64,000 nt of DNA from Octopus sinensis (GCF_006345805.1 NC_043022.1:9300001-9364000), one strand, 5' to 3'; positions 27,571-40,964 are shown, counted from the stretch's first letter. The notes: a model not told the origin generated them from the letters alone. Numbers and translations: made by a program.

Positions 27571-28678
27571 TATATATAAACACACACATATATACATGTG
27601 ACTGTGTGTGTATGTGCGTTTGTGTGTGTATGTCCATACACAGATACAGTTTCTGATGCATAAAGCTTTTCTACTATAGGTAGAAAGGCCTGAAACCTTT
27701 CAGGGTTGGGGGAACTAGTGTGTTTACATTGACCCCAGTTCTCAACCAGTACTTTACCTTATCGACTCCCAAAAAAGATGAAAGGCGAAAATCAACTTTG
27801 ATGGAGTTTGAACTCAGAATGATTTTTTAATGTATGAATAACATGAAAATTACATCTGAACTCTGTCACACCATAAAAACAAGAAGATCAATTACAAGAA
27901 TGAGTAACATGTCCTGTTTTAAGGAGATTTCGCTGATACATATCGGCAAGTCTAACATCAAGGTGGAGAGAGATAGGTGGAGGGAGAGGCTCCTTCTAAA
28001 CTTGTTTATTCATTTTTTACCAGCTTCCAGTTCAAAGTCATAAATAATAGTTCTATAGTTTAGCTTTTGGTACCCATCCTGTTTCTCCACTCCTGCCATG
28101 TCCTGTTTGTTTTTGCTGTTGTAATTGTTCTCTGATATCAGAGCTAATGAAAGAACATGTGATAAACTCTATGTGTGTGTGTGTAGTGTATCTAATGCTG
28201 TTTTCCTATATAATAAAATGCTTCCTCTATATAAGGTCTCTTTCTATAAGCATTGTGTGGATTAATGACTAATGATTCTGATTGCCATGGCTGTTTTATG
28301 TGAATATATCAATCAAAATTGGGCTCCAACTATTTTGATGCGCACACACACACACACACACTGCGTGTGTCAGATGTTTGCTTCCCAACCAAATAGTTCT
28401 GCGTTCAGTCCCAGGACTACCCAAAACATTGTGACTAAATTTGGTAGATGGAAGCTGAAAGAAGCCCACCTTATATAAATTTATGCATGCATGTGTGTGC
28501 ACATGAGTGTGACTGTCCTGGAAGCAGTGTCCTTTGTTACTTCTGTGAAGACATTTCTGGTCATGAAGAAATATTACCTTTCTTGCAAATGGGTGAAACC
28601 ATACAAAAAAAAAGACATGCACTTGGACAAAAACACCAGGTGATATTTATATATAAATTTATAGATATTGATATATAA

Positions 28679-28711
<33 letters not shown>

Positions 28712-29209
28712 TATACTGTATCTACTAGTATACAATGCAAGAAATTTAATACAAAAGATCAGGGTCAGTATTGGTGAATAACATCGTACTTGAGCGTAGA
28801 AATAACATCATACTTGAGTGTAGAAATAAGAGAGAGGTTAAACTATATTACTATATTACTGATTTTCTTAGGTACAAAAAGCAGGGGTTGTATTATATTC
28901 AACATCACATTGTACTATTTTTGTATACATGTGTGTGTGCGCATGTCTACACATACATGTATATATACATATACACAGGTATATGTACAGCCAGGCATGT
29001 ACTGAAATAGGCATTAGGCATTTAAGTAAGAATCCAGATTGGAAGTCATTAAGTGTGTTTTGTGTATAGCGGGTTAATGAAGGTGACCCGCTCTATACTC
29101 GTTGACCCAACACAAATAAGCAATTAACATAGTTTTGGCTGGCTCAGTGGAAAATTAGGAGAATATGTCTAGGTGACATTGGAAACAGCAACAACAACAA
29201 TAAACTGTT

Positions 29210-29810
29210 CTATTATAGGCACAAGGCCTGAAATATGAGGGAGGGTGATAGTTGATTACATCGACCCCAGTACTCAACTGGTACTTAATTTATCGACCCC
29301 AAAAGGATGAAAGGCAAAGTTGACCCCCAACAGAATTTGAACTCAGAGTGTAAAAGCAGAAAAAATGCTACTAAGCATTTTGTCTGGCATTGCTAACAAC
29401 TCTGCCAGCTTGCTGCCTTAATAATAATAATAATGATGGTGGTGGTGGTGATGATGATGATGATGATGATGATGATCCTTTCCAGTGTTTCACTAGTACT
29501 TAATTTATTGACCCCTAAAGGATGAAAGGCAAAGTCAGCCTCAGCGGAATTTGAACTCAGAACATGAGGGCAGACAAAATACCAGTAAGCATTTCGCTGG
29601 CATGCTAACGATTTTCCCAGCTTGCCAGGCACAAGGTCTGAAATTTTGGAGAAGGGGATTAAGTCGATTAAATCGACCCCAGTGTTTCACTGGTACTTAA
29701 TTTATTGACCCCGAAAGGATGGAAGGCAAAGTCAACCTCAGAAGAATTTGAACTCGGGACATAAAGATGGGCGAAATGCCGTTATGCATTTTTCTCCAGC
29801 ATGCTAATGG
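29210..29810 (-). mobile_element. Three consecutive family B SINE copies
   Basis: Three repeats of ttaatttat(c/t)gacccc..aaggatg.aaggcaaagt..acc.c...gaatttgaactc. Confidence 0.8.
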
Positions 29811-30569
29811 TTCATCTCTTGATGTGCTCTTAAATAGCTGAGCCAGAGATAGGAGATGATGGTGGTGGTATTGGTGATGGAGAAGAGGATTTTCAAATGG
29901 CTTGGTGATGATGATTATAACAGTTATTAAAGATGGAACGATGGTGCAGGAATTTTTAATATGATTATAATGTAATGTTGTTACATAGATGATGATGATG
30001 ATGACTCTAGCAGCAATTGCAGTGATGGTGATGATGATGATGACGATGACAACGACGACAATGATGACGACGGTGATGGTTCACCTTTGCATATATACTC
30101 AGCTTCCGTCAAGTCCATTCTTTCATAATTACAATCCTTCAGATGTTTCTCAGAACGCTGTCACAGAGACAGAAAGACAGGCAGTCAGTCTACCATTCTA
30201 CATCTTATGGGTGCGGTGAAAGATTTAATTTATTTCATATGTTGTAGGAGTCTCCTCCACACCACCCCATCCAAGCATAACTAAAACATCTTTCATTTTG
30301 TTCATCAAAGAAAAATGCCTTACAGGTATACAAGAATGGAATATAATAATATTTATGTTAATGATAGTAGTCAGAAAAATAATAATAATAATAATATAAT
30401 AATAATAAATAATAATAGATTTCTTTTAGCTTATCTGAAGAATAATCCTTTTTTTATTTACCACAAGGGCAATTATTGAATGTGACATTGCATAAAAATG
30501 ATGGGCGTTTATGCAGAATCTTTTATGAAATCTGAATGGTGGTAGTGGTGGTGGTGGTTGCAGTTGTTA

Positions 30570-30830
30570 AAACTAATCTGAAAGAAATTGAGAATCTATC
30601 CTGTTATAAAAGAGCTGGAAATAGAGATAATTATAAAGTGGAAATTGAAAACAAACTGTATCTATAATAATAATAATAACAATAATAATGATGATGATGA
30701 TGATAATAATAGGTGCCTTGGGTATGATTAAAAATGAGATGCAGAAGAATATGTAACTAAAAGCCCCAGGAGCTATGCATATATATATGTGCATACATAC
30801 GTACATACATATATTGCATAAAGAACATAG
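30570..30830 (+). mobile_element. R4/Dong-like LINE C-terminal remnant broken by microsatellites
   Basis: YKxLEIEIIIKWKLKT ... IIGALGMIK resembles the RLE-domain C-terminus (YKDLEIEI..MW.LKT..PIIVGALG.I). Confidence 0.55.
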
Positions 30831-31374
30831 TTATATTTATATACTATAATATATATAGCGAGGTGGCAGGCAGGGGTGGGGAGACAGAAAGCATACAGAA
30901 AATAGCAATGTTGGGCATGGCTGTGTGGTTAGGGAGCTTGATTCCTAGCTACATGGTTTCGGGTTCAGTCCCACCACGTGGCACTTTGGGCAAGTGTCTT
31001 CTGCTATAGCCCCGGGCCGACCGAAGCTTTGTAATTGAATTTGGTAGGCGGAAGTTACTGCCGTGTGTGTATATATGTGTATAGCTGCTTGTGCCTCTCC
31101 GAGAAAGAGAGAGAGAAGGTATTACACATATATTTTATGGAATACCACATATTTGGAGGAAGTGTATGGTCAACAGTATTAATCCCAGTTGTTAGTTGAT
31201 CCTTTATGAAACCAAGAAGGATGAAATGCAGAGCCATCCTCAGTGGAATTTGAACCCTGAAATGTACCCAACTGGATTAATTTCATTTAATATTCAACTG
31301 ATTTTGTTTTTCTCTTTTCCACCACTGCCATCACCACTTTCTAAATAATAATAATAATAATAATAATAATAATT

Positions 31375-31790
31375 GTGCACGCATACTTAAAGTGGGGGGA
31401 AGTTGTAGAAGAGGGAGACCCAGGAAGACTTGGGACGAAGTATGAAGGGCTGATCTCAAAATGCTGAACCTTACGAAGGAGGAGACAGAGGACTGAGTTA
31501 TGTGCTGCATTGTTGTACAAGAGAAGACCTGTCCACCACAATGGAATTAAATTCCTGAAAACAAAGTGCCATGTAAAAAGCATTGGTGTGGGTGCTGGCA
31601 CCACACAAAAAGCACTGGTGCTGGTGCCACATAATAAGCTCCCAGTGCACTCTGAGGAGTGGTTGGTGTTAGGAAGGGCATCCAGCTGTAGAAACCAAAC
31701 CAAAACAGACTGTGGAACCTGGTGCAGCCCCTGGCCTTGCCAGGTCCTTTTTAGCTGTCCAACATTAAATGATGATGATGATGATTATAC
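31375..31790 (+). mobile_element. RTE LINE 3' end running into a family D-type tail
   Basis: LKVGGSCRRGRPRKTWDEV...DLKMLNL matches the RTE GRPRKTW motif; then aggaagggcatccagctgtagaaac...cattaaatgatgatg. Confidence 0.7.
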
Positions 31791-32514
31791 TGTTTATAGA
31801 CTTCATTAGCAGGGATTTCATTCTCAATTTCCTTTTTTTTTTTATTAAGCTGTGTGTTAAGAAGTTTGCTTCTCGACCACGTGGTTCTGGATTCAGTTGT
31901 ATTGCATAGCTTCTTTTAGCAAGTATCTTCAGCTGCTTGTCAAATTAATGTGCAAGTAGCTGAGCACTCCACAGACATGCGTACCCTTAATGTAGCTCTC
32001 ATAGAGATTAGGTGTACCACAGAATATGACATGGCCAGCCCTTTGTAATTACAGGTACAATTCATTTTTGCCAGCTGAGTGGACTAGAGCAATGTGAAAT
32101 AAAGTATCTTGCTGAAGGATACATCGCGCTTCTGGGAATCAAACTTGCAACCTTACAATTATAAGCCGAGTGCCCTAACCACTGAGCTCTGTGCCTTCAC
32201 CTAGTGCTGGAGGCATGTAAAAAACACTTTGTAAAGTGGTTGTCATTCGGAAGGTCTCCCAGCCACAGAAACATTGCTAGGACAGACAATTGGAGCGCGA
32301 TACAACCCTGGGACTCACTGGATCCTGTTACGCTGTCAAATCCATGGCAGTATGGAAAGCAGACATTAAGTACTAAATAATGATGATGATGATGTATTCA
32401 AATTTTGGTAGAATTTGAACTCAGAATGTGATGATGGACAAAATGCTGCTAAGCATTATTCCCAGCGTGCTAACGATTCTGCCAGGTCACTGCCTTGATG
32501 ATGATGATGATCAT

Positions 32515-32920
32515 CATCATCATCATCATCGTTTAACGTCCGCTTTCCATGCTAGCATGGGTTGGACGGTTCGACCAGGGATCTGGGAAGCCAGAAGGCT
32601 GCACCAGGCTCCAGTCTGATCTGGCAGTGTTTCTACAGCTGGATACCCTTCCTAACACCAACCACTCCATGAGTGTAGTGGGTGCTTTTTATGTGCCACC
32701 GACACAGGTGCCAGACAAGGCTGGCGAACGGTCACACTTGGATGGTGCTTTTTACGTGCCACCGGCACGGAGGCCAGGTGAGGCTGGCAACAGCCATGAT
32801 CGGATGGTGTTTGTTACGTGCCACCGGCATGGAGGCCAGTCAATGCGGCGCTGGCTACGGCCATGTTCGGATGGTTCTCTTATGTGCCACCGGCACTGGT
32901 ATCACGACTACATATTCCAT
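32515..32920 (-). mobile_element. Family D SINE, long form with internal ~60-bp repeats
   Basis: catcatcgtttaacgtccgctttccatgctagc start on +; repeated gtgccaccggca units. Confidence 0.85.
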
Positions 32921-32944
32921 TGATGTTGATTGATTTCGCTGATA

Positions 32945-33298
32945 ATAATAATAATTATAATAATAATTCGTTCATTTATTGGCCACTAGGGCTAACAAAA
33001 ATCAGTTAAAACATGAAGGGACAAAACACAGGACGAAAGTTACAAAGGGTTTTGTCCGTTTGAAAAAGGTCCATGTACAAAAGCAGGATAACAACGAAAT
33101 GTAAGTAACAATTAAAACTCCCAATAGGGAGAGGCGCTTCGAAAGGTTACTCATGGAAAAACCCATAAAAGCCACGGGAGCCAGGTCAAAAGTGGGGTAG
33201 AGAGCCCCTTTCTCCTTTTATAATACTTTTTTATACTACAGGTGTATCCTCAGAATTGGTCCGTTCATACTGGCCATTCTTGCGACATTCATCCACCT
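32945..33298 (-). mobile_element. 3' fragment of a LINE (possibly L1/Tx1-like)
   Basis: Minus strand RWMNVARMASMNGPILRIHL*, then a U-rich 3' UTR, AATAAA and a (TTA)n tail; clade assignment is tentative. Confidence 0.4.
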
Positions 33299-33309
33299 AA
33301 TAATAATAA

Positions 33310-33515
33310 TAATCCTTTCTATGAAAGGTATGAGGCCTGAAATTTTGCAGGAGGGGACTAGTTGATTACATCAACCCCGTGCTAAACTGGCACTTATTTC
33401 ATCAACTCCCGAAAATATGAAAGGCAAAGTTGACCTCAGTGGAATTTGAACTCAGAACGTAAAGGATGAAATGACGCTAAGCATTTTGCCCAGTGTGCAA
33501 ACAATTCTGCCATCT
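33310..33515 (-). mobile_element. Family B SINE
   Basis: gaaaggcaaagttgacctcagtggaatttgaactcagaacg motif. Confidence 0.75.
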
Positions 33516-33524
33516 TAATATTTT

Positions 33525-33775
33525 GAGCAGGATGGGCTACTCAACCTGAAGAAATTTCTAACTGGGCCCCACCTGCAAGGTCATGTGCTGTTTCTCTTGA
33601 TATGAGATCACCATGTCGCGCACATATGGTTGTGATGCATGTGCCTGGTGTACCCTTATCAGACGGGTAGTCATGATGGGTATATTGGGCTTCGTATATT
33701 TTACCCCAGTGTCACTTTGATGGCATGAACTGCTCTCTCACTCAATAATATAATAATATAATAATAATAATGTTT
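33525..33775 (+). mobile_element. Unclassified retroposon 3' end with an (AAT)n tail
   Basis: GC-richer unique-looking body ending ctctctcactcaataataataat; single copy in this window. Confidence 0.45.
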
Positions 33776-34631
33776 TATATACAACAAAGGCAACATTTAC
33801 AAATTTATAGAAACCTAATAATACAAACAAAATAGATGGTAACGGCGGTGGTGGCGGCGGTTGCATTCTTCTTATGTCTACCACCATTCCTTCCTTTCAC
33901 CTCCCTCCCCGCTCCTGCGTTTTTTCTGTGTCCCTCCTCCCCTCTTCCATTTCCTACTTCCTTCTATTCTTAGCTTTAATTATTTGTAATCACACACAAG
34001 AACTGTGTAATTTTTAAGGTCGCCATTTTCAATGGCAAAATATAGTTATTGAAATAACATCTCTATGCTTCATTGTCTCTTTATCTTTTTATCTTTCTGT
34101 CTGTTTGTCCACATATTTATCTCTCTCTCCTCTCTCTCTCTCTCTCTCCCTATATATATATATATATATATCTGTTTAATTTTATCTATAGTTCTGTTTA
34201 TCTACCTTTTTGTCTGATATGGAACTATCTGTGTATCTTTCAATCTTTCTGTCTACCTGTTTAGTTTTCTCTATTCATTTTTTTAATACTTTTTTATCTA
34301 TTTATTGTGTCACATTTTCTGTCTTTCTTGCTGTCTGTTTTGCTCCACCCACTCCACCCCTGCGTGTCTTTCTTATATTTTAAGTTGCACTATTTTAAAT
34401 GTAATTTTCACTAAAAAATTTGGGATGCGACTTATACACAGAGCAAAGCCAAAACTATGATGGGGAAAAAAATATTTGTACCAAGATTTAACATGAAATT
34501 AGGGATGCAATTTATTCATAAATAAATAGTGTATATAATGGTTTATACACACATAGAGGAAATTTTGTGATCGTTGGTGCTGCCATCTATGGTTACTTTC
34601 AGAGTAAGAGATGGAAAGAAATGTTGCTAAA

Positions 34632-34673
<42 letters not shown>

Positions 34674-34729
34674 ACACACACAAACACCTATACATACATG
34701 TGTATAGGTGCAGTGATGGTTGTGTAGTA

Positions 34730-34925
34730 TAGGCACAAGGCCTGAAATTTTGGGGGAGGGAACTAGTCGATTACGTTGATCCCAGTGTTTTACTGGTACT
34801 TAATTTACTGACCCCGAAAGGATGGAAGGCAAAGTTGACCTCGGTGGAATTTGAACTCAGAATGTTGTGATGGCTGAAAAGCTAGTGAGTGCGTCACACA
34901 GCATGCTAACGATTCTGCCAAATAC
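34730..34925 (-). mobile_element. Family B SINE
   Basis: gaccccgaaaggatggaaggcaaagttgacctcggtggaatttgaactcag. Confidence 0.8.
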
Positions 34926-35398
34926 CAGCTTAATAATGACAAAAGGTATTTTACTAAATTCATTACTTAAAAAAATAATTGAAACAATAAAATATAATAA
35001 CAAAAGGGTTAAAGTACCCCCACTTTCCATATCTCCCCCCCTCTCTCTCTCTCTTCCTCTTTCTCTCGCCTTCTCTCTCCCATCTCTTTCATTTAATTCA
35101 AAATGAAAACACAAAAACTTTGGAATGTTTTTTAAAAGGGTTAGAGAAAAAAAATTTACATTTGTTTTGACATTGTTTTAGAATTTCTTTTTTAAAATAT
35201 TTCCTTTACTATTTTCTTTTTATAAATTGTTTTTGTAATAAATAAAATAAATAAAAAGAAAAGAAACAAACAAACTGTTTTTCAATTCAGTTGGTTTTTT
35301 CAACTTTAATTTTTCCCATTATTCTCTATCACAGCCTCCAGCCAAGCTAGACCTGTTTTTTTACTATCTCACATTGTAATTACTGTGGTGGTAAAAAC

Positions 35399-35439
<41 letters not shown>

Positions 35440-35449
35440 TAAAAGTAAC

Positions 35450-35481
<32 letters not shown>

Positions 35482-36016
35482 TATAATAATTACCTTTATT
35501 TGCCATCAGGGCAACAGATGAGGGGTATAATACAAAGACAGGGATTTACATAGAATTGGAATAATGATGATGTTGGTGGTGGTGGTTGTGGTGGTGGTGG
35601 TGGTGGTGGTTGTGGTGGTGGTGGTTGTGGTGGTGGTGGTGGGGAGGATAATGAAGTGGTAGATTATTGATGTCTTTATTTTCTTGCTTCTAGTTTATAC
35701 ACAAATAACAATAACAATAATAATCAGCTTACATACAAAAATACTAACGAGAAGCATTCAAGTTTAGTGTTATTAAGAATGCCATTGTCTCCATTACGGT
35801 CTTCGTTTTTGTTTCATTTTGTTTTCTTTCTTTACTGAGGATGATGAGGATGATGATGACGGTGATGGTGATGTTTTATTCTTTCTTCTACTTCTTTGTC
35901 TTTTTGTTTTCACTGAGTTTTTTTATTTATTTATTCATTCATTTCAGCATTCATCTTAAATCCTCATCTTCTTAGCATTCAACTCTCATAAATTCATCAA
36001 CTAACTTCACTTAACG

Positions 36017-36591
36017 CAGTGGTTTTCAACCAGGGTCCATATGCACCCTTGGGGGTGTCCGTGCAAGCAAAATAGTAAATTGGGAATGTACAGTAGTACG
36101 TCGTGGAGGCGCGTGGCTTAGTGGTTAGGGTGTCAGCGTCATGATCGTAAGATTGTGGTTTCGATTCCTGGACCGGGCGACGCATTGTGTTCTTGAGCAA
36201 AACACTTCATTTCACGTTGCTCCAGTCCACTCAGCTGGCAAAAATGAGTAACGCTGCGAAGGACTGGCGTCCCATCCAGCTGGGGAATATATACGCCATT
36301 GAAACCGGGAAACCGGGCCCATGAGCCTGGCTGGGCTTTAAAAGGGTGCATTTATTATATTTTATTTACAGTAGTATGTTAAGGGTCAATGAAACAAAAA
36401 TTTCGTTTTAGATGTTTTTAATACCAGAAACAGCTAGGTTTCTTTCTCTTATATTTTACGTTATTCAGCCTATGCAAGTTAATGATTGAAATGCAAATAA
36501 AACTTTTGAATGGCCATGAGGGTTCACCAGAGTAAAATAAGAATCAAAGGAGTGGTGGGGTCCATGTGTAAAAAATGGTTTAGAACCACAG
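36017..36591. mobile_element. hAT-like MITE carrying a nested young SINE
   Basis: cagtggttttcaaccagggtcc ... ggtttagaaccacag termini; flanks acttaacg / atttaact (6/8 identical). Confidence 0.65.
36099..36366 (+). mobile_element. Young family C tRNA-derived SINE
   Basis: 10-bp TSD tacagtagta (36089-36098 and 36367-36376); A box tggcttagtgg, B box ggtttcgattcc; CpGs intact. Confidence 0.9.
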
Positions 36592-37209
36592 ATTTAACTC
36601 ATTCCAGCTGTGTGTGTGTGAGAGAGAGGGGGATTTAACTTCAAAATACAGACCTTGTTTATCATTTACTTACTCAACTTCTTAGTGAAGGCACATGGCT
36701 AAGTAGTTAGGTTGTTCAGTTCAAGATTGTAAGATCATGAGTTTGATAGCTACATATGATGGGTTTCTTGCAGTTTCCATCTACCAAATCCACTCTCAAT
36801 GCTTTGGTGGGCCCGGGGCTATAGTAGAAGACACTTGCCCAAATTCTGGGACAATCCTTGCAGGGTTTAGTCAAACAAATCGACCCCTTCCACCTCCCCC
36901 ACCACTAAGCCTGGTATTTATCCTATCGGTCTCTTGTTACCAAGATGCTAAGTTATTGGGGCCATACACAGACCAACACTGGTTGTCATAACACAGTCTC
37001 TCTCACACACATACACGTGATGGGCCATATTTGTGGATTTTGTGCTTTTAATTAGTCAACAGGTGATATTATTTTGATGGGTATCTCTTGGGCATGTGTT
37101 GACAATGAGATAGACAAAGGGACTATATGCAACTTTGTGCTGTGCTGTGTTGCACGTGCATGCATACGTGTGTGTATGCATATATGTGTGCAGGGCCTGT
37201 GCATTTGTT

Positions 37210-37223
37210 GTTGCTATGGCAAC
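37210..37223. promoter_or_regulatory. RFX X-box-like palindrome
   Basis: GTTGCTATGGCAAC, one mismatch from the palindrome GTTGCCATGGCAAC, in unique sequence; octamer ATTTGCAT at 37260-37267. Confidence 0.4.
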
Positions 37224-37657
37224 TCTTTTGGGAAGCCTTTTCTCTATTGTGAGGCAATAATTTGCATGCAAGAGCTCTTTACTTTTTCTTTTGTGGGGTG
37301 AGAGTCAAACGGAAAAATAATAACCATTTACTCCACCCCTTGTGTCAATGTCTGTCCATCTGTCCCCACCTGGCTTTCTCTCTCTTTCTTTTGTCTCTTT
37401 CCCTCCCTCTCCTTTTGTCTTCTCTCCTCTTCCCGCTCCCTTTGCTCCAGCTCTGTCTCTCCTCTCACTTTCCTCTCCCTTTCATTCTCATTGTTATCCT
37501 TAACCTCCATTGCTAGCTTTTGAAAAGGTGAGGCAGAGAGGGAGTTCACCTTCTCTGTATCGTGTTTGTTGTTGTTGTCACTGTTAATATTGTTGTTGTG
37601 ATTGTTCTTGTTATTCTTGTTTTCAATTTTTCATTTTCAACTCCTGTCCATTCTTAA

Positions 37658-37693
<36 letters not shown>

Positions 37694-38882
37694 CCCCCCT
37701 ATTAATGGCCCTCTTTTTCACTTCTTCCTTTTCTCCCTGTATCATGGTGTGTATGCATGTGCAAGATTTCAAGACTATGTTTGCATGTAAGAGTATGCAT
37801 GTATGTGTGTGTACGTATGCATCTATTCAGGTATTACAGTGCATGTGCATATACTTATGTGTGTGCAGGAGTTTGTATTTTCGTATCTGTCACTCTGTGT
37901 GTGTGTGTATATCTTCGGTGAGTATGCGTACATGTAATAAAAGAATTCAGGAGTGTGTGTGTGTTCAGGTATTTTGGTACATATGTATATACTTATGTAT
38001 GTGCAGGAGAGTGTATGTTTGTATACGTGACTGTGTGTGTATATGTTGAAGTATGTGTATATTTGTGTGTGTGTGTGTGTGTGTATGTTCCGTTATGTGT
38101 ACATACATCTAATGAAAGTATTCAGGAATATGTGTGTATGTATGTATGTATGTGTTCAGGAGTGTATGTTTGCATGTTAGTGTATATATATATATATATA
38201 TATATATGGGTAGTGTGTGTATTCAGGTATTTTGGTGCATATGTGTGAACTTATGTGTGCTCAGAAATGTATGTGTGTGTGTTCAGGTATGCCTATGCAC
38301 ACATATGAAATAATGCATTTGGCAGTGTATGTGTGTATGTATATATGTGTGTATGTATATATGTGTGTATGTATATATGTGTGTACGTATATATTCAGGT
38401 ATGTTTATGCACATCTGAATGCGTATGTTTCCAGGAATGTATAAGTGTAGCTGTGTGTGTGGGTGTATTCATATTCCTATGAAAGGTACAGAGAATGTGT
38501 ATAATGGTAACTGTATGTGTATGATGGTAACTGTGTGTGTATGTGTGTGTGTATGTGTATGTGTGTGTTGGTATTTGTTTTCACATATGCAGACAATTTT
38601 CAGAATTTGCTGCCACTCCCTGTCATTTAAATACCATTTTCAGGAGAACTTTTGTAGTGATGGTCATGGGGAGGGTGTCAGGTGCTTGTCTATCTCTTTG
38701 TTGGGTTGGTGGGTCACATCTTTCTGTGGATTTAGCAGAGGTGGGTGGTGGGGAATGGCCTCATTTTGTATTTTGTAAACAATTTTCTCCTTTTTAAGGT
38801 GTTAGCTTAAATAGTTGTCATTGTAAGCTGTGTGTGTGTAAGACCGTGTGTATGTATGTATGTATGCATGTATGTGTGTGTA

Positions 38883-38931
<49 letters not shown>

Positions 38932-39537
38932 GACTATATGTTTATTTGTGTAGGTATGTGGATGTATTTTAAGGTGTAAGCTTAAATATTGGTAATGTGT
39001 GTGTGTGTGTGACTGGGTGTGTATGTGTATATATATATATATATATATGTGTGTGTATTTGTGTGAGTATATATATGTGCATAAGTATGTGTTTGTGAGG
39101 GTGTATATTTATATGCATAGATATGTATGTATGTGTGTGCATATATAAAGGCGTGGTAAGAAGCTTGCTTCCCCACCACACGGTTCCGGTTTCAGTCCCA
39201 CTGTGGCAACTTGGGAAAGTGTCTTCTACTATAGCTTCGGGCTGACCAAAGCCTTGTGAGTGGAATTGTTAGGCGGAAACTGAAAGAAGCCCACCGTGTA
39301 TATCATTATCATCGTCATTTAACGTCTGTTGTCCATGCAATCATAGGTTGGACAATTTGACTGGGCTAGCACACTGGAAGGGTGCACCAGACTCCAGTCT
39401 GATTTGACATGGTTTTCTATGGCTGGATGCCCTTCAAGCATGACATGATGCCAGAAGTCTTGATCATTGCCTCCGTGAGGCCCAACACTCGTAAGAAACT
39501 CAGAGTCTTTGCCTCTGTGATGCCTATATATATATAT

Positions 39538-39737
39538 AGAATACAGTGTACATTCAAACACAAAAGAGATACCCGAAGAATAGGATATCTGACTCACTAG
39601 AAAGTGATTGGAATATTTTCCAATCACTTTCGGAATTACAACAATTGGTGGCTTGGAGTTTTAACTGCTCTTTCTAGTGAGTCAGATATCCTATTCTTCG
39701 GGTATCTCTTTTTGTGTTTGAACGTACACTGTATTCT
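39538..39737. repeat. Fold-back inverted repeat with an internal perfect hairpin
   Basis: Arms 39538-39604 and 39670-39737 (1 mismatch, 1 indel); 14-bp stem / 4-nt loop hairpin at 39600-39631. Confidence 0.95.
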
Positions 39738-39854
39738 TCTTTGAATAATATATAGTCTATTGACTAATTTTTTCCTTCTCGCTAGACCACTGGTAACTAA
39801 GAAGTTTTCAATGAATATTCTTGCTACCCTAAGATTTAAATATATATATATGGT

Positions 39855-40310
39855 ACCAGTGCCGGTGGCACGTGGCACACAAGAAAACCATCCGAACATG
39901 GCCGTAGCCAGTACCGCATCGACTGGCCTCCGTGCTGTGGGCACGTAACAAACACCATCCGATCGTGGCCGTTTGCCAGCCTCATCTGGCACCTGTGTCG
40001 GTGGCACATAAAAACACCATCCGAGCGTGGCCGTCTGCCAGCCTCGTCTGGCACCTGTGTCGGTGGCACATAAAAAACACCATCCGAGCGTGGCCGTTTG
40101 CCAGCCTCGTCTGGCACCTGTGTCGGTGGCACATAAAATCACCCACTACACTCTCGGAGTGGTTGGCGTTAGGAAGGGCATCCAGCTGTAGAAACACTGC
40201 CAGATCTGACTGGACTGGTGCAGCTTTCGGGCTCCCCAGACCCCAGTTGAACCGTCCAACCCATGCTAGCATGGAAAGCGGACGTTAAATGATGATGATG
40301 ATGATGATGA
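39855..40310 (+). mobile_element. Young family D SINE with 3-4 internal ~62-bp tandem units
   Basis: Repeated cacataaaaacaccatccgagcgtggccgt.tgccagcctcgtctggcacctgtgtcggtgg; ends ggacgttaaatgatgatg. Confidence 0.9.
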
Positions 40311-40883
40311 TGATATATATACACATATACACATTTATGTGTGTTTTTTTTTTTTTGTGCTTGTGTTTGAGTCCCTCACATTGCATGACAACCTATAACT
40401 TAGCGACTTGGCAAAAGAGACCAATACAATAAGTCCTGGGGTCGATTTCTTCAGTTAAAACCCTTTAAGGCAATGCTCCAGCATGGCCACAGCCAAATGA
40501 CTGAAGTGTGTCAAAGAATAACAATTATGGATTAAATATTTGACTCACTCTCGAAATTATGTTTGAGTTCTTTATGTCCCGGTGATCAGATCTAACTCGT
40601 TTGAAACTTGTTACTCCTCTGGAATATTTTCTGTATGAATGTTTACATTGCTCATCCTTACATGAAAGCATTTAACAAAGAACTGTGACATTATGTTGAT
40701 ATTGCCTGTCAGCAAACTGTTCTCTGACTCTACACTTTCTGCTTTCCAAAGATAAACGGAATCAAAACAAATCCCTTATTTGAAAAACAGGTAAGGCTTA
40801 TTGAGTGACAAGAATAGCATCCAGATGTAAAAAACAATACTTCATGTATTATACCAGGTTTGATCAAGAATGACCTTGAGACT

Positions 40884-40897
40884 GTTGCTATAGTAAC
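40884..40897. promoter_or_regulatory. RFX X-box-like motif
   Basis: GTTGCTATAGTAAC fits GTHNYY-AT-RRNAAC. Confidence 0.3.
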
Positions 40898-40964
40898 GGG
40901 GCTACACAGAGTGAAGCTGCCTGGGACAAATTGGCTTTCAATTCTGTTGCATATTCTTTTACGT

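Noticed and set aside
29068-29110. Pre-miRNA hairpin (tatagcgggtta...tgacccgctctata)
   Set aside because: The stem is only about 13 bp with a bulge, too short for a canonical precursor
34390-34560. pogo/Tigger-like MITE (gggatgcgacttatacac motif)
   Set aside because: Termini and TSD could not be defined by eye
36105-36180. tRNA gene
   Set aside because: It has A and B boxes but no 7-bp acceptor stem or proper anticodon arm, and it continues into a SINE body bounded by a TSD
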